This document shows positions 9,439 to 20,356 of a stretch of 64,000 nucleotides of DNA, one piece after another. How positions within the stretch are numbered: position 1 is the first letter of the stretch; each line of letters opens with the position of its first letter. The stretch lies in the NCBI GenBank assembly GCA_016207165.1, contig JACQQD010000008.1:1-64000 (forward strand), read 5' to 3'. A program made the position numbers and the translations under genes. The notes below the pieces were generated by a model, which did no database searches, was not told the DNA's origin, and saw only the letters and a program-made list of their open reading frames with translations. The DNA is from Candidatus Micrarchaeota archaeon. GTDB taxonomy: Archaea; Micrarchaeota; Micrarchaeia; Norongarragalinales; Norongarragalinaceae.

Positions 9439-11079
9439 TTACATGTCCATGTCGCCCATGCCGCCGGCACCCGGTGCTGGGGCGGGCCGTCCCTTGGCGG
9501 CGATGATGTCGTCGATGCGCAAGATCATTTCCGAGACTTCCGACGCGCTTTGGATGGCTTGTTTTTTGACTTTCATGGGCTCCAACACGCCGGCGGCCTT
9601 GAGGTCGCCGACCTTGCTTTTCAGGACGTCCACGCCCGTGTTGATGCCGCCTTTTTCGTGCTTGGCGCGCAGGTCCACCAGCGTGTCAATGGAGTCCAAG
9701 CCGCAGGATTCCGCCAACGTGCGGGGAATGACTTCCAACGCTTCGGCAAACGCCTGGATGGCCAGTTGCTCGCGGCCGCCGACTTGGTTGGCGTATTTTT
9801 TCAACTTCACGGACAACTCCATTTCGATGGCGCCTCCGCCGGTCACCAGGCGTCCTTCATCAATGGCCGAAGTCACGGAGCCGATGGCGTCCACGATGGC
9901 GCGTTCCGCTTCGTCCACGACATGTTCGGTGCCGCCGCGGACCAAGAGAGTAACGCTTTTGGCGTCCTTGCATTTTTCAACGAAGATCATTTGCTCGCCG
10001 GCGACTTTGCGTTCTTGCACCAGGCCGGCAAAGCCGAGGTCTTCTTTGCCTAAGTCGTCCAGCGTGGTCGTGATGCGGGCGCCGGTGGCGCGGGCCAGTT
10101 TTTCCATGTCGGATTTCTTGACTCGGCGGGCCGCCATGACGCCTTTCTTGGCCAGGTAGTGCTGCGCCACGTCGTCGATGCCTTTCTGGCAGAACAAGAC
10201 GGTGCAGCCGGAGTCGGCGACTTTGTCGACCATTTTCTTGAGCATTTGCTCTTCCTGTTCTAGAAACGCCGTCATTTGGTCGGGGGAGGTAATGTTGATG
10301 CGGGCGTCCGTCTCGGTTTTCTCGATTTCCAGGGCCGCGTCAAGCAATGCGATCTTGGCTTTCTCGAGGTTTTTGGGCATGGCGGCGTGCACGACTTCCT
10401 TGTCGATTAACACGCCTTGAATCAAGGTGGTCTGGTAGATGTCGCCGCCTTGCTTTTTCTCGATTTTGATGTAGTCTTTGTTGATGGTGAACTTTCCGTC
10501 CGTCTGGTCGGCGACTTGCGTGACGGCGTCCACGATCATTTTGGACAGAAAGTCTTTCGCGTTTCCGGCGGCGACCGTCTTGGAGCCCATGGAGACGCCA
10601 GCGATTTTCTGGAGCATGGCCTTGTCCTTCATGTCGACTTTTTCGCCGGTGTGGTGGAGGTGTTCGATGACTTGCTGGGCGGCGGCTTTGTAGCCGGCGA
10701 CGATGGTGGATGCGTGCACGTCCTGGTCCAAGAGTTCCAACGCCTTTTTCAAGAGTTCACCGGCAATCACTACCGCCGAGGTGGTGCCGTCTCCGACTTC
10801 CTCGTCTTGGGTCTTGGCGATTTCCACCATCATTTTCGCTGCAGGATGTTCGACGTTCATTTCCTTGAGGATGGTGGCGCCGTCGTTGGTGATGACGATG
10901 TCCCCCATTTCGGAGACCATCATCTTGTCCATGCCACGCGGGCCCAGCGTGCTTTTGATGGCGGAGGCCACGGCGTGTCCGATGGCGATGTTGGTGCGTT
11001 GCGCGTCGCGGCCCAGCACGCGGGAGCTGCCTTCGGGCAGCACGAGCACTTGTTGTCCTGAGAGTTGTCCTTGTGCCAT
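9439..11079 (-). CDS. thsA: thermosome subunit (group II chaperonin)
   Basis: [28 protein letters not shown] tail. Confidence 0.99.
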   Translation of the reverse strand: MAQGQLSGQQVLVLPEGSSRVLGRDAQRTNIAIGHAVASAIKSTLGPRGMDKMMVSEMGDIVITNDGATILKEMNVEHPAAKMMVEIAKTQDEEVGDGTTSAVVIAGELLKKALELLDQDVHASTIVAGYKAAAQQVIEHLHHTGEKVDMKDKAMLQKIAGVSMGSKTVAAGNAKDFLSKMIVDAVTQVADQTDGKFTINKDYIKIEKKQGGDIYQTTLIQGVLIDKEVVHAAMPKNLEKAKIALLDAALEIEKTETDARINITSPDQMTAFLEQEEQMLKKMVDKVADSGCTVLFCQKGIDDVAQHYLAKKGVMAARRVKKSDMEKLARATGARITTTLDDLGKEDLGFAGLVQERKVAGEQMIFVEKCKDAKSVTLLVRGGTEHVVDEAERAIVDAIGSVTSAIDEGRLVTGGGAIEMELSVKLKKYANQVGGREQLAIQAFAEALEVIPRTLAESCGLDSIDTLVDLRAKHEKGGINTGVDVLKSKVGDLKAAGVLEPMKVKKQAIQSASEVSEMILRIDDIIAAKGRPAPAPGAGGMGDMDM

Positions 11080-11327
11080 ATTCTACTATCCACCTCAATT
11101 TTCAATTTCGAAAAATTTAGAATCGCAACAATAGCTTGCCGTGATTTCTTGCTTAGCGGTTTCCAGGAGTACTTGTTAATCCCGCGGAATACTTTGTTTC
11201 GCAGGGGTTTATTAAACATTTTCCTGGGGGCCCCAGGAGGCGTTTTGACCGGGTTTTGGGGGGGTTTCCATCGGCAAACGTTTATCTATTCACGTGAGCC
11301 CATTTTTTCTTTCCCAGGTGTTTTTCT

Positions 11328-12959
11328 TTGTCCAGAATACTAATTACCGCGGCCTTGCCGTACGCCAACGGCGACTTGCATTTGGGCGGCGTGCGCTCCA
11401 CGTACGTGCCCGCCGACGTTTTCGCGAGGTTCTGTCGGCTTTCCGGCAAGAAAACGCTTTTTTGTTGTGCCACCGACGAGCATGGAACCCCCATTGAAGT
11501 CAACGCGCAAAAGGAGGGCCTCCATCCCGAAAAATTCGTGGAGAAGTACCACAAGCGGCAGAAAAAGGATTTCGATGCGTTGGGCGTGTCGTTTGACGTG
11601 TTCTACCACACGCATTCGCCGGAGAATCACAAACTTTCGCACCAGTTCTACCGGGCCGCCCAGGAAAAGGGGTTGATTTTCGAAAAGGAAGTCGAGCAGA
11701 CGTTTTGCGCGAATTGCACGCGTTTTCTTCCGGATCGCTTCGTCAAGGGAACGTGTCCTTTTTGCGGGGCGTTGGACCAGTACGGTGACGGGTGCGAGAA
11801 ATGCGGGAAAGTGTATGCTCCGCGGGACCTCAAAGACCCGCGGTGCGCCATTTGCGGGAAAAGCCCCACAGCGAAAAAAGTGAAGCACGCGTTTTTCAAG
11901 TTGAGCGCATGCGGAGAACCATTGGATGCGTTTCTTTCCACCGCGGCCCTGCAAAAGGACGTGGTGTCCTATGTGCGGAACTGGTTGACGGATCTCAAGG
12001 ATTGGGACATAACGCGTGACGGGCCTTATTTCGGCATCGAGATTCCGGAACGCAACGGCCAGTATTTTTACGTGTGGTTTGATGCGCCCATCGGCTACAT
12101 GGCTTCCGTGCAGGCGTGGTGCGATGCCAACGGGGAAAAACTTTCGGATTGGTGGAACGAGGAAAACCAGGTCGTGCACTTCATCGGAAAAGACATCGTG
12201 TACCACCATTACTTGTTTTGGCCTGCGATGCTGGACGCGGCCGGGTTTGCGTTTCCGTCCCGCATTCCGACGCGCGGGTTTCTCAACGTGGAAGGGGAGA
12301 AGATGTCCAAGAGCCGGGGCACGTTTGTCTTGGTCAAGGATGTTTTGGGCCGGTTTTCAGCGGACTCCCTGCGCTATTACTTGTGCACCATCACCCCCAA
12401 TTCGACGGCGGACGGCAATTTTGCGTGGAAGGATTTCCAGGCGAAAGTCAACAACGAGTTGATTGGCGCGTATGGCAACTTCGTCTACCGCGTGCTGTCC
12501 TTCATTCAACGCCAAGGCGGCGTGGTGCCGGTGCCTTCCAAAGGCAATCCGGTGGATGAGGCCTTCGAGAAGCGCATCGACGCGTTCTTTGGTCCGGTGA
12601 CCCGCGACCTGGAACAGGTGGGGGTCAAGGAGGCGTTGGAGAAAGTCATGGCGTTTGCGTCGGAGGCCAACAAGTACTTCAACGACCGGGCGCCCTGGCA
12701 CTTGAAGGAAGAAAAGGAGTTGAATACGGTTTTGTATCTGAGCGCCAAGGCCGCGTTCGCGTTGGCGTCCGCCTTGTACCCATTCATTCCGTTTTCCTCC
12801 GAGCAGGTCTTCAAGCAGTTCGGCGTCTTTCCGAAGAAGTGGGCGGACGTGTCGGCGTTCAAGGCCGGCTTGGTTTTGTCTGATGTCAAGCCCTTGTTTT
12901 TGCGCATGGAAGACCGGGACGTCGACGCGGAAATCCGAAAACTCTTGAAAAAGCATTGA
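11328..12959 (+). CDS. metG: methionyl-tRNA synthetase (no C-terminal OB domain)
   Basis: ALPYANG, zinc knuckles, YVWFDAPIGY, FIGKDI, KMSKS. Confidence 0.97.
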   Translation: MSRILITAALPYANGDLHLGGVRSTYVPADVFARFCRLSGKKTLFCCATDEHGTPIEVNAQKEGLHPEKFVEKYHKRQKKDFDALGVSFDVFYHTHSPENHKLSHQFYRAAQEKGLIFEKEVEQTFCANCTRFLPDRFVKGTCPFCGALDQYGDGCEKCGKVYAPRDLKDPRCAICGKSPTAKKVKHAFFKLSACGEPLDAFLSTAALQKDVVSYVRNWLTDLKDWDITRDGPYFGIEIPERNGQYFYVWFDAPIGYMASVQAWCDANGEKLSDWWNEENQVVHFIGKDIVYHHYLFWPAMLDAAGFAFPSRIPTRGFLNVEGEKMSKSRGTFVLVKDVLGRFSADSLRYYLCTITPNSTADGNFAWKDFQAKVNNELIGAYGNFVYRVLSFIQRQGGVVPVPSKGNPVDEAFEKRIDAFFGPVTRDLEQVGVKEALEKVMAFASEANKYFNDRAPWHLKEEKELNTVLYLSAKAAFALASALYPFIPFSSEQVFKQFGVFPKKWADVSAFKAGLVLSDVKPLFLRMEDRDVDAEIRKLLKKH

Positions 12960-13646
12960 TCAGCCGTACGTGTTGGCGGCGGCAATGGCGCGCATGAACC
13001 GGTCGTAGGCCGTCAGGGCGTCGGATTCGTTGATGAGAAACGACGTTTTGGTGTACGACGTGATGACGATCCAGATGTTGATGCCGGCTTGGCCCAAGAT
13101 GTTGGTGAAGTGATTGAGCACTCCGGGTGTTCCAGAGCCTTTGGCGCCGTAGTCAATGGTGATCAGGGACAGTTTTTCCTGGATGGCCAGGGGTTTTTGC
13201 TGGGCGGCTTTGATGACTTCGTTGGTAAAGCGGGTTTGGGTGACCACCGTGATTTCGTTGGATCGGTCAATCAGCCGCGCTTTTCCGCCTTCAAAGGCGA
13301 TGTTGGCCTTGGCTTGGTTGAGGCGTTCTTCCAGGCCGTGTTTGAAGGCGAAGTGGATGAGGGCCGCGTCCGGCTCCAATTCCACTTTGCTGTTCCTGAT
13401 GACGGCATAAAGCGGTCCGGCGGCCTGGCGGGGTTTGGGGCGTACGTGGCGGTGAATCGCCATGGTCACGGCTTCCGCGTTTAAGTTCTGGCCCAGCTTT
13501 TTTTCCAGGGCGGGCTTGATTTTGCGGGCCAACGCCGAATGGTTGATGAGCCCCATTTCCAGGGGGATTTCGATATAGCCGAGCCCCTCCACGGCTTGCC
13601 TGACGGCGTCGGAAAGGCGTGGGGTGTTGGAGTTTTTTTTCGTCAT
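12960..13646 (-). CDS. ACT-domain regulatory protein (archaeal HTH-ACT type)
   Basis: GLINHSALARKI N-terminus; TPGVL...GINI..VITSYT ACT-like C-terminus. Confidence 0.85.
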   Translation of the reverse strand: MTKKNSNTPRLSDAVRQAVEGLGYIEIPLEMGLINHSALARKIKPALEKKLGQNLNAEAVTMAIHRHVRPKPRQAAGPLYAVIRNSKVELEPDAALIHFAFKHGLEERLNQAKANIAFEGGKARLIDRSNEITVVTQTRFTNEVIKAAQQKPLAIQEKLSLITIDYGAKGSGTPGVLNHFTNILGQAGINIWIVITSYTKTSFLINESDALTAYDRFMRAIAAANTYG

Positions 13647-13922
13647 GTCCTGCTTGACTACTCACGTACCCTAATTAACCCTTGTGTTTGTTTTCAAACA
13701 TATTTGTTATAAATAGAAAACTATTTATTGGTGGCCGCTTTTAACGTGCCTTGAGGTGGAAGGGAAAGTTAGGAGGTATCGAGCCACCCAAACGCGCTTG
13801 AAGAAAATCGTGTCGGACCGCAACCGGACAGAGGCAACATCTGGAACGCCCCGAAAAATTTCGGAAAGGCGTTATGGGTTTCGCGGGCTTTTCGGCACGG
13901 TTTTTCAAGCGTTTTCATTTTT

Positions 13923-14162
13923 ATGATTTCGGATCCGTACTTTGATTCGCATCGGGTCCGGGATGAATCCGGTTTTTCGGCCGGGTCCCGGGCCGGCAAC
14001 TTCCGAGCCATTGCTCTTCTTTTCGTCATGCTGTTCTTGTTGTTCGTCCAGGCCGACGTGATTCTGTTTGCCGTTGCGTTTCTGGTCTTCGTGTTCACGT
14101 ACAACCCCACGCGCGTCAGGTTGGGTGATCAGGCCGTCAACGACACGCACGGCTTGATTTAG
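13923..14162 (+). CDS. small membrane protein
   Basis: Long hydrophobic stretch. Confidence 0.5.
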   Translation: MISDPYFDSHRVRDESGFSAGSRAGNFRAIALLFVMLFLLFVQADVILFAVAFLVFVFTYNPTRVRLGDQAVNDTHGLI

Positions 14163-14194
14163 CGGGGGTGGCGGTTGAATGCGTCTGATTTTTC

Positions 14195-15232
14195 TCAAGT
14201 CCAAAGCGGGTAGCGCAACAACGCCACCACGCCGTAGTTTTTCAGTTCCTGGCCGGTCTCGTTTTCGGAGTCAAAGACGTGGAGTTGTGCGCCCATTTGC
14301 CGCGCGGTTTCCATGATGGTTGAGACGGTCTTGTTTTTGATGAGGGTGTCGGAGACCAGCACGTGTTGGGCGGCTCCGGCCAAAACGGCGTGCTGGACGG
14401 CGTCAAGTCCGTAAGCGTTTTTGTGGTCGTCGCGCCCGATGCTTTCCTTGAATTTCTCCAACAGCGCGAATTCTTGGGCGAGGCGCTGTTCGCCGAGGGC
14501 TTTTTCGATGACGCCGCGTTTGAGCAGTTCGTACACGCCGCTTTTTTCCGCGGTCGAAGCGTATTCAAACGAGGTTTTCTTGGCCACGTCGGGGTGCTTT
14601 TCGGTGAGGTATTTCTTGAAGTTGTCCTTGGCGAATCCGGGTCCGGCCACCACGATTTTTTCCTTTCCTTCCAGGGTTTTCGCGATTTCAGCGAAGAAGG
14701 TTTTCGTGGCTTCTTCAAACGCTTTGGGGTCTTTCTTGGAACCGCGGAAACTCATTTCTCCGAGAAACGTTAGTCCCTGCAACTGAAGTTCCGCTGGAAT
14801 GGCTTGGTGCTCGTCCATGACGATGAGAAATGCTTTGACGTGCTTGGATTTCTTCTTGGCTTCTTGAAGCAGAGCCCAGTGATAGGCGGAGAGTTTTTTG
14901 TGGATTTTGACGCGTTCGTGTAGATCCACGTCAAGGGTGTGGTGGGATCCAATGGAAACGAATTCTTCGGGGGTCCCGCTTTCGATGACTCCGGTCACGC
15001 GGAGTTTAAGCGCGCTTTGAGCGAACTCGATTTGCTCGGCGCGGATTTTCAGGTGGACTTTCTTTTTCTCTCCGGAATCCTTTTCCACGCCTTCGACTTT
15101 GAAGCGTCGGAAAGATGTGCCTTCCACTCCGTCGCCGGGCTCCACGATTTTCTGCAAGTACCACAAGTCTTCCACGCACTGGGGCTCGACTTTCAGCCAG
15201 CCTTCTTCTGGGTTTTGGGAAATGACTTTCAT
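14195..15232 (-). CDS. pelA: mRNA surveillance protein Pelota
   Basis: EDLWYL, GSHHTL, AGPGFAK, VALLRY. Confidence 0.96.
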   Translation of the reverse strand: MKVISQNPEEGWLKVEPQCVEDLWYLQKIVEPGDGVEGTSFRRFKVEGVEKDSGEKKKVHLKIRAEQIEFAQSALKLRVTGVIESGTPEEFVSIGSHHTLDVDLHERVKIHKKLSAYHWALLQEAKKKSKHVKAFLIVMDEHQAIPAELQLQGLTFLGEMSFRGSKKDPKAFEEATKTFFAEIAKTLEGKEKIVVAGPGFAKDNFKKYLTEKHPDVAKKTSFEYASTAEKSGVYELLKRGVIEKALGEQRLAQEFALLEKFKESIGRDDHKNAYGLDAVQHAVLAGAAQHVLVSDTLIKNKTVSTIMETARQMGAQLHVFDSENETGQELKNYGVVALLRYPLWT

Positions 15233-15298
15233 GGTTTTCAGTCAACCGGTGCTTTTTATTGTGGCGACGCCAGCTTTAATTTGCGTGTTTTTGACGTT

Positions 15299-16198
15299 AT
15301 GGACATCGAAGATTTTGTGGCCACGCCGGACGTCTCCGAACTGGTCCAGCGGTTTTCACGAACCGGGTTCCAGGCTTCCCACTTGGCCGACGCCGTGGCC
15401 GTGATGCGTGAAATCAAGAAAGACAAGGACCAAACCGTGTTTTTGGCGTTTACCGCCAACTTGGTCGCTTCGGGCCTGCGTGGCGTGATTGCGGAAGTCA
15501 TTCGCCAGGGCTGGATTGACGCCGTCGTCACGTCGGGCGGCAGCATTGACCATGACCTCATCAAGTCCAAACACGCCTATGCGTTGGGCGGCTTTGATGC
15601 GGACGACAAAAAGTTGCATGCCCAGGACACCAACCGGATTGGAAACGTGTACGTGGAAAACGATTGCTATGTTTGGTTGGAGAAAACCGTGCAACCCGTT
15701 TTCAAGGAGTGCTTGAAGGAGAAAAAGATTTGGAACCCGCAAGAACTCATTGCCAAACTCTCTGAAATCCCGACCGACCCGCACTCGTTTCTTAAGGCGT
15801 GCCGAGAAAAAAGCGTGCCCGTCTTTTCTCCGGCGTTCATCGACTCGGCTTTGGGCTTGCAGCTGCATTTCTTCAAGCAGGATCATCCGGAGTTTGTCTT
15901 GGATGCGTTGGGCGACATGAAGTCCCTTTCCCATTTGGTTCTTTCCGCGAAAAAAACGTCGGCCATCGTGTTGGGGGGCGGCTCGTCCAAGCACTTCACC
16001 ATCGGCTCCAACCTGCTTCGAGGCGGTTTGGATGCGGCGGTATACTTCACCACGGCCCAGGAATACGACGGGTCGCTTTCCGGCGCGCCTCCAAGAGAAG
16101 CCGTGTCGTGGGGCAAACTCAAGGAAAAAGGGAACGCGGTGACCGTATACGGCGATGCGACGATGACGTTCCCGTTGGCGGTTTCCGCCTTACATTGA
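15299..16198 (+). CDS. dys: deoxyhypusine synthase
   Basis: GFQASHL, TANLVASGLR, NRIGNV, DGSLSGA, EAVSWGK. Confidence 0.97.
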   Translation: MDIEDFVATPDVSELVQRFSRTGFQASHLADAVAVMREIKKDKDQTVFLAFTANLVASGLRGVIAEVIRQGWIDAVVTSGGSIDHDLIKSKHAYALGGFDADDKKLHAQDTNRIGNVYVENDCYVWLEKTVQPVFKECLKEKKIWNPQELIAKLSEIPTDPHSFLKACREKSVPVFSPAFIDSALGLQLHFFKQDHPEFVLDALGDMKSLSHLVLSAKKTSAIVLGGGSSKHFTIGSNLLRGGLDAAVYFTTAQEYDGSLSGAPPREAVSWGKLKEKGNAVTVYGDATMTFPLAVSALH

Positions 16199-17119
16199 CC
16201 GCAAAATCTTGATTCTTTCTTCAATGGGCGGGTGGGTGGCGAACAGGCCGTCGAGGTTGGACTTGACGGGGTCGTCGAAGAACAAGTGGCTTTCGGCTTC
16301 CGAGACGTTCATGTCGCCCTTGTTTTTGGACTTGAGTTTCTCCAATGCCGAGGCCAGGCCTTCGGGGTTGCGCGTCAGGCGGGCGCCGGAGGCGTCGGCG
16401 AGGTACTCGCGTTTTCTTGAAACCGCTGCTTGGGCGAAGCGCACGGCGATGGGTGCGACAATGGCCAGGATGATGCCGACGATGATCAAAAGCCCGATGT
16501 TGCCTTTTCGGTCCGAACCCCCGCCTCCGGAAAACCAGAGGCCCCGCAAAAACATGTGGCTCAAGATGGCGACCAGTCCCACCATGACGGCGACGATCAA
16601 GGCGAAGCGGATGTCGTAGTTTTGGATGTGCGAGATTTCGTGCGCGATGACGCCTTCCAGTTCCGAGCGGTCCAATGCATTCAAGAGGCCGGTGGTCACC
16701 GCAATGGAGGCGTGTTGTGGGTCGCGGCCGGTGGCAAAGGCGTTGAGTTCCGTGGATTCAATGACGTAGACGTCCGGGGTTTTTGGGAGTCGGGCGGCGA
16801 AGGCCAGGTTTTCGACGAGGTTTTTCAGGTACAGTTCTTTGGGGGTTTTGCCTTCGACTTTTTTGGCGCCGGTGGTCTTCAAAACGATTTGGTCGCCAAA
16901 GTAGTAGGACGTCAGCACGTACCCGCCGGCGACGATGAGGCCCAAAGCCAAAAAGAGGATGGATCCGGTGCCGGTGTAGACTTCCGCGATGATGTAAATC
17001 ATGGCGAACAAGAAAAAGAAGACGAGGATGGAGATCAGGTAGCTTTTGATTTTGTTGCCGGAGATTTCTTGTTCAAACGACGTGCGTTCCACGGGCGCGA
17101 AGGGCGCGGATTGGGGCAT
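16190..17119 (-). CDS. htpX: M48 zinc metalloprotease HtpX
   Basis: NAFATG, HEISH, REYLAD, THPP. Confidence 0.96.
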   Translation of the reverse strand: MPQSAPFAPVERTSFEQEISGNKIKSYLISILVFFFLFAMIYIIAEVYTGTGSILFLALGLIVAGGYVLTSYYFGDQIVLKTTGAKKVEGKTPKELYLKNLVENLAFAARLPKTPDVYVIESTELNAFATGRDPQHASIAVTTGLLNALDRSELEGVIAHEISHIQNYDIRFALIVAVMVGLVAILSHMFLRGLWFSGGGGSDRKGNIGLLIIVGIILAIVAPIAVRFAQAAVSRKREYLADASGARLTRNPEGLASALEKLKSKNKGDMNVSEAESHLFFDDPVKSNLDGLFATHPPIEERIKILRSM

Positions 17120-17133
17120 TTCTTTTTACCGTT

Positions 17134-17715
17134 TCAGTCGTTGAGGAGTTTTTCGGCGTCGATGCCTTTGCGCGCTTTCTCGTCGGCTTTGAAGTAGGGC
17201 CACTTGTTTTTGGCGAAACCGAACATGCCGGCGAACCACGCGCCGGGAATGGTGGTGGTTGAGTTGATGTATTGCTGGACGGTGTAGCCGTAGCGTTGGC
17301 GGCCGTACTTGATTTTGTCTTCGATTCCCGATAGGCTTTCCATGGCCATTTGCATGGTTTCGTTGGAGCGCATCTGGGGGTAGGCCTCGGCGCGCGCGTA
17401 AAATCCGGAGATGAGGGCTCCGATTTGTTCGTGGGCCGCGACTTTTTCTCCGATGTTTTTGGCTTTCATGGCGCCTTCGCGGGCTTTGGCAAGGCCGGTG
17501 AACAAGTCGGTTTCTTGTTTCATGATGCGTTTGGCCATGGCGATGAGGTTGGGGATGGTGTCCAACCGCTGTTGGAGGAGCGGGTCGATTAGGTTCCAGT
17601 CGGCTTCGGCTTGGTTGTTCAGCGTCGTCAACTTGTTGAAGTAATACCAAATCAATACGAGTACCAGTAAGACGAGGCCGCCGATGACCCATGCAAGAAC
17701 CATGCTTTTTTCCAC
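17134..17715 (-). CDS. lemA: LemA family protein
   Basis: LQQRLDTIPNL, EAYPQMRS; upstream of htpX. Confidence 0.93.
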   Translation of the reverse strand: MEKSMVLAWVIGGLVLLVLVLIWYYFNKLTTLNNQAEADWNLIDPLLQQRLDTIPNLIAMAKRIMKQETDLFTGLAKAREGAMKAKNIGEKVAAHEQIGALISGFYARAEAYPQMRSNETMQMAMESLSGIEDKIKYGRQRYGYTVQQYINSTTTIPGAWFAGMFGFAKNKWPYFKADEKARKGIDAEKLLND

Positions 17716-17930
17716 CCACCGTTGATTTGAGTTTGTGAAGCAATTACGTTGAACTTGCTTTTAAGGAAATGGTTTGATTCTCGTGCATGGGCGTTTTATA
17801 GCAATCCCGGACTTTTTTTGTCGGGAAACTTTCGTGGTTTACTGTATGGGTGGCCGGGTTTTGTTTGTTCGTATCATGCAATGCGTGTTGTCGGGTTTGA
17901 CTTGAATTCGGGGCGTGTGTCCGTTTCGTC

Positions 17931-19256
17931 TTATTCGGCCAGGACGTTGGAGACCAGCCAAGCGGCGTCGAAGGGTTTGAGGTCGCCGTATTCTTGGCCG
18001 ACGCCGACCAGTACGATGGGTACGCCGACTTCGTGGGCTACGCTAAACGAGGTGCCGCCTTTGGCGTCGCAGTCGACTTTGGTGAGAATCACGCCATCCA
18101 ATTTCAGGGATACGTGGAATGCTTTGGCTTGTTCCACCAGGGCGTGGCCGGCCACGGCTTCGCCGACGAAGAGTTTGAGGTCGGGGTTTACCACTCGGTT
18201 GATTTTCTCCATTTCTTTTAAGAGGTTGTAGTTGGTTTCCTGGCGTCCGGCGGTGTCAATGAGGACGGCGTCGAGTTTCTTGGCTTGGGCGTGGGCGATG
18301 GCGTCAAAGGCTACTGCCGAAGGATCGGAGCCGTATTGGTGGGCGATGACGTTCACGCCGATTTTTTCTCCGTGGTGTTGGAGTTGCTCGATGGCGGCGG
18401 CGCGGAACGTGTCGGCGGCCGCTAAAACGCAGGACGCGCCGTTTTGTCTCAAGTAAAACGCGGTTTTGGCGATGGTAGTGGTTTTTCCCGCCCCGTTGGG
18501 GCCCAGGAAGAGGATTTTGACGGGTTTTTCGTGGGTTTGGATGTAGGCGACCAGATCCAGGGGTTGTTGGTTGACGAGTTGGCTTAGGGTGGCGTGGACG
18601 GCGTTTTTGATTTCTTCTTGGACGCGTTGTTTCTCGACTTTTTTGCCGGCGAGTTGTTCTTTGAGGGTGGTCGTGATGTGGTCGGCGGTGTCAAGGGTCA
18701 CGTCGCTTTCCAAAAGCGCGAGTTGGAGTTCTTCCAGCATGGGTTCCAATTCGCTTTCCTGGATTTGGATTTCTTTGACGAAGAAGCTTTTGACTTGGCT
18801 GAACAAGCCGAGTTTGGCTTCCAGTTTGCGTTCTTTTTTGGGTTCGGGTTGGGCGGAGGGTTCCGGTTTGTCTTGCGGTGCGGATGGTTTGGCGATGGGT
18901 TGGATTGCGGAGGAGTTTTGTGTTTCGGAGGGGTTGACCGCTTTTTGGTTTTCCAATCGGGGTTTCGGTGCAGGTGGCGTAATGGTTTCCCGAATGGATC
19001 TAACGGGTTCTGGGGGTTTTGTAGGCGTTGGGGCCGAAGTCGTTGACTGGTTTCGTGGTTCATCCGGCGGCGTGGGCGTTGGCTTGGTTTGGAATTCGGG
19101 TTGGCGGGGGATCGCTGGATTTTCTTGGGGTTCCGGCGGCTGGAGGGGTTGAGGCTGTGGGGCGTGCAACGGTTGTTCGGGTTCGCCTTTTTGTTCTTCT
19201 TTTTGGGTGAGTTGGTCGATGAAGGACGAAATTTTTTTCTTGAGTAGCCCGAACAT
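17931..19256 (-). CDS. ftsY: SRP receptor FtsY
   Basis: GPNGAGKTTT, DTFRAAA, DTAGR, TKVD; Pro/Gln-rich N-terminus. Confidence 0.98.
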   Translation of the reverse strand: MFGLLKKKISSFIDQLTQKEEQKGEPEQPLHAPQPQPLQPPEPQENPAIPRQPEFQTKPTPTPPDEPRNQSTTSAPTPTKPPEPVRSIRETITPPAPKPRLENQKAVNPSETQNSSAIQPIAKPSAPQDKPEPSAQPEPKKERKLEAKLGLFSQVKSFFVKEIQIQESELEPMLEELQLALLESDVTLDTADHITTTLKEQLAGKKVEKQRVQEEIKNAVHATLSQLVNQQPLDLVAYIQTHEKPVKILFLGPNGAGKTTTIAKTAFYLRQNGASCVLAAADTFRAAAIEQLQHHGEKIGVNVIAHQYGSDPSAVAFDAIAHAQAKKLDAVLIDTAGRQETNYNLLKEMEKINRVVNPDLKLFVGEAVAGHALVEQAKAFHVSLKLDGVILTKVDCDAKGGTSFSVAHEVGVPIVLVGVGQEYGDLKPFDAAWLVSNVLAE

Positions 19257-19267
19257 TTCGTTTCGCC

Positions 19268-19681
19268 TTAGCGGCTGGGGGTGCGGCGTTGGATGATTTC
19301 CTCGGCTTCTTGCGAGATTTTTTCGAGTTGCCCGATGACGGCGGCGTAGTTGTTCGTCACGTCTTGAGCGCTTTTTTCGATGGCGCCTTTTCGTTTTTCC
19401 AGGGTTTTTTGTGCGTCTTGGAGGCTTTGTTCGACCAGGACGCGTCCGCCGACGTCCACAAGCACTTTTTCGACTGCTTCCAGCCGTGCTTTGGCGAATA
19501 CGCCGGATCCCAGAGGGAAAAGCGAGCCGTTCTGGAGGTCTTTGTAGGAGGCCAGGGCTTTCTGGGAGGCAGAAAGTTCGCCGAGGGCCTGTTGCATGAG
19601 CTGCATTTTTTCCTGGAGTTCCGCGGCTTGGCTGCGCAGTACGTTGATTTGGTCGGCTTTTCGTTGCAGTTCGTCCGTCAT
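19268..19681 (-). CDS. pfdA: prefoldin alpha subunit
   Basis: PLGSGVF, VLVDVGG; coiled coils; operon position. Confidence 0.93.
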   Translation of the reverse strand: MTDELQRKADQINVLRSQAAELQEKMQLMQQALGELSASQKALASYKDLQNGSLFPLGSGVFAKARLEAVEKVLVDVGGRVLVEQSLQDAQKTLEKRKGAIEKSAQDVTNNYAAVIGQLEKISQEAEEIIQRRTPSR

Positions 19682-19687
19682 TTGAAT

Positions 19688-20356
19688 CTATCCTCCGCTG
19701 AGTGCTTCAAAAATGCGTTGGGTTTCCACGCCGGTCGTCAAATCGCCGACCAGTGCGCCAGCCTTGTTGGCGACTACGCCCAGTGCGTTGAAGGGCGTGC
19801 CGCTGTTGGCCGTGCCGTTGAGTCCCCGGACGTGGAACGTTTTTTCCATTTGCCGGAATTCGACTTCGGTGACTTCGTTGTACGCGAAAAGCCCTTGGTC
19901 CGTCACCACGTTGATGGCGCCCAGGGTGACCATGCCGGAGAGGGGTTGTTGGATGACTTCCACGCCCAAAACGTCGGCGATGGACGCGGCTTCTTTCTTG
20001 GGGATTTTGGGTGAAGCAAAGCAGGCGTGGTTGTTCGCCAAAAGCACGTTGCCGGGCGCCAAGCCGCTTTTGAGGGTGTGGATGCGGTAACCCGCGTTTT
20101 TCAGTAACTTTTTTTCCTCGTTTTCCGCGTCGGCGGCCAGCACGCATCCGGTTTGGTTCAGCACGCAGAACAATCCGATGAGCGGCGATTGCTTGATGAA
20201 CAAGTCGATGGCCTTTACGCCGAGGGTTTCCTCGGCGAGTTCTCGGATTTTTGCTGGCGCAGATTTGGGCACGAGCACGTGTTGGTCGTTTGCCTTCAAA
20301 AATAGTCCGATGAACGGGTTTTTGTGGTAATGCGTTTTGGTGATCCGGAACGTCAT
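19688..20356 (-). CDS. eif6: translation initiation factor 6 (aIF6)
   Basis: GNVLLAN, GTANSG, GDLTTGVE. Confidence 0.95.
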   Translation of the reverse strand: MTFRITKTHYHKNPFIGLFLKANDQHVLVPKSAPAKIRELAEETLGVKAIDLFIKQSPLIGLFCVLNQTGCVLAADAENEEKKLLKNAGYRIHTLKSGLAPGNVLLANNHACFASPKIPKKEAASIADVLGVEVIQQPLSGMVTLGAINVVTDQGLFAYNEVTEVEFRQMEKTFHVRGLNGTANSGTPFNALGVVANKAGALVGDLTTGVETQRIFEALSGG

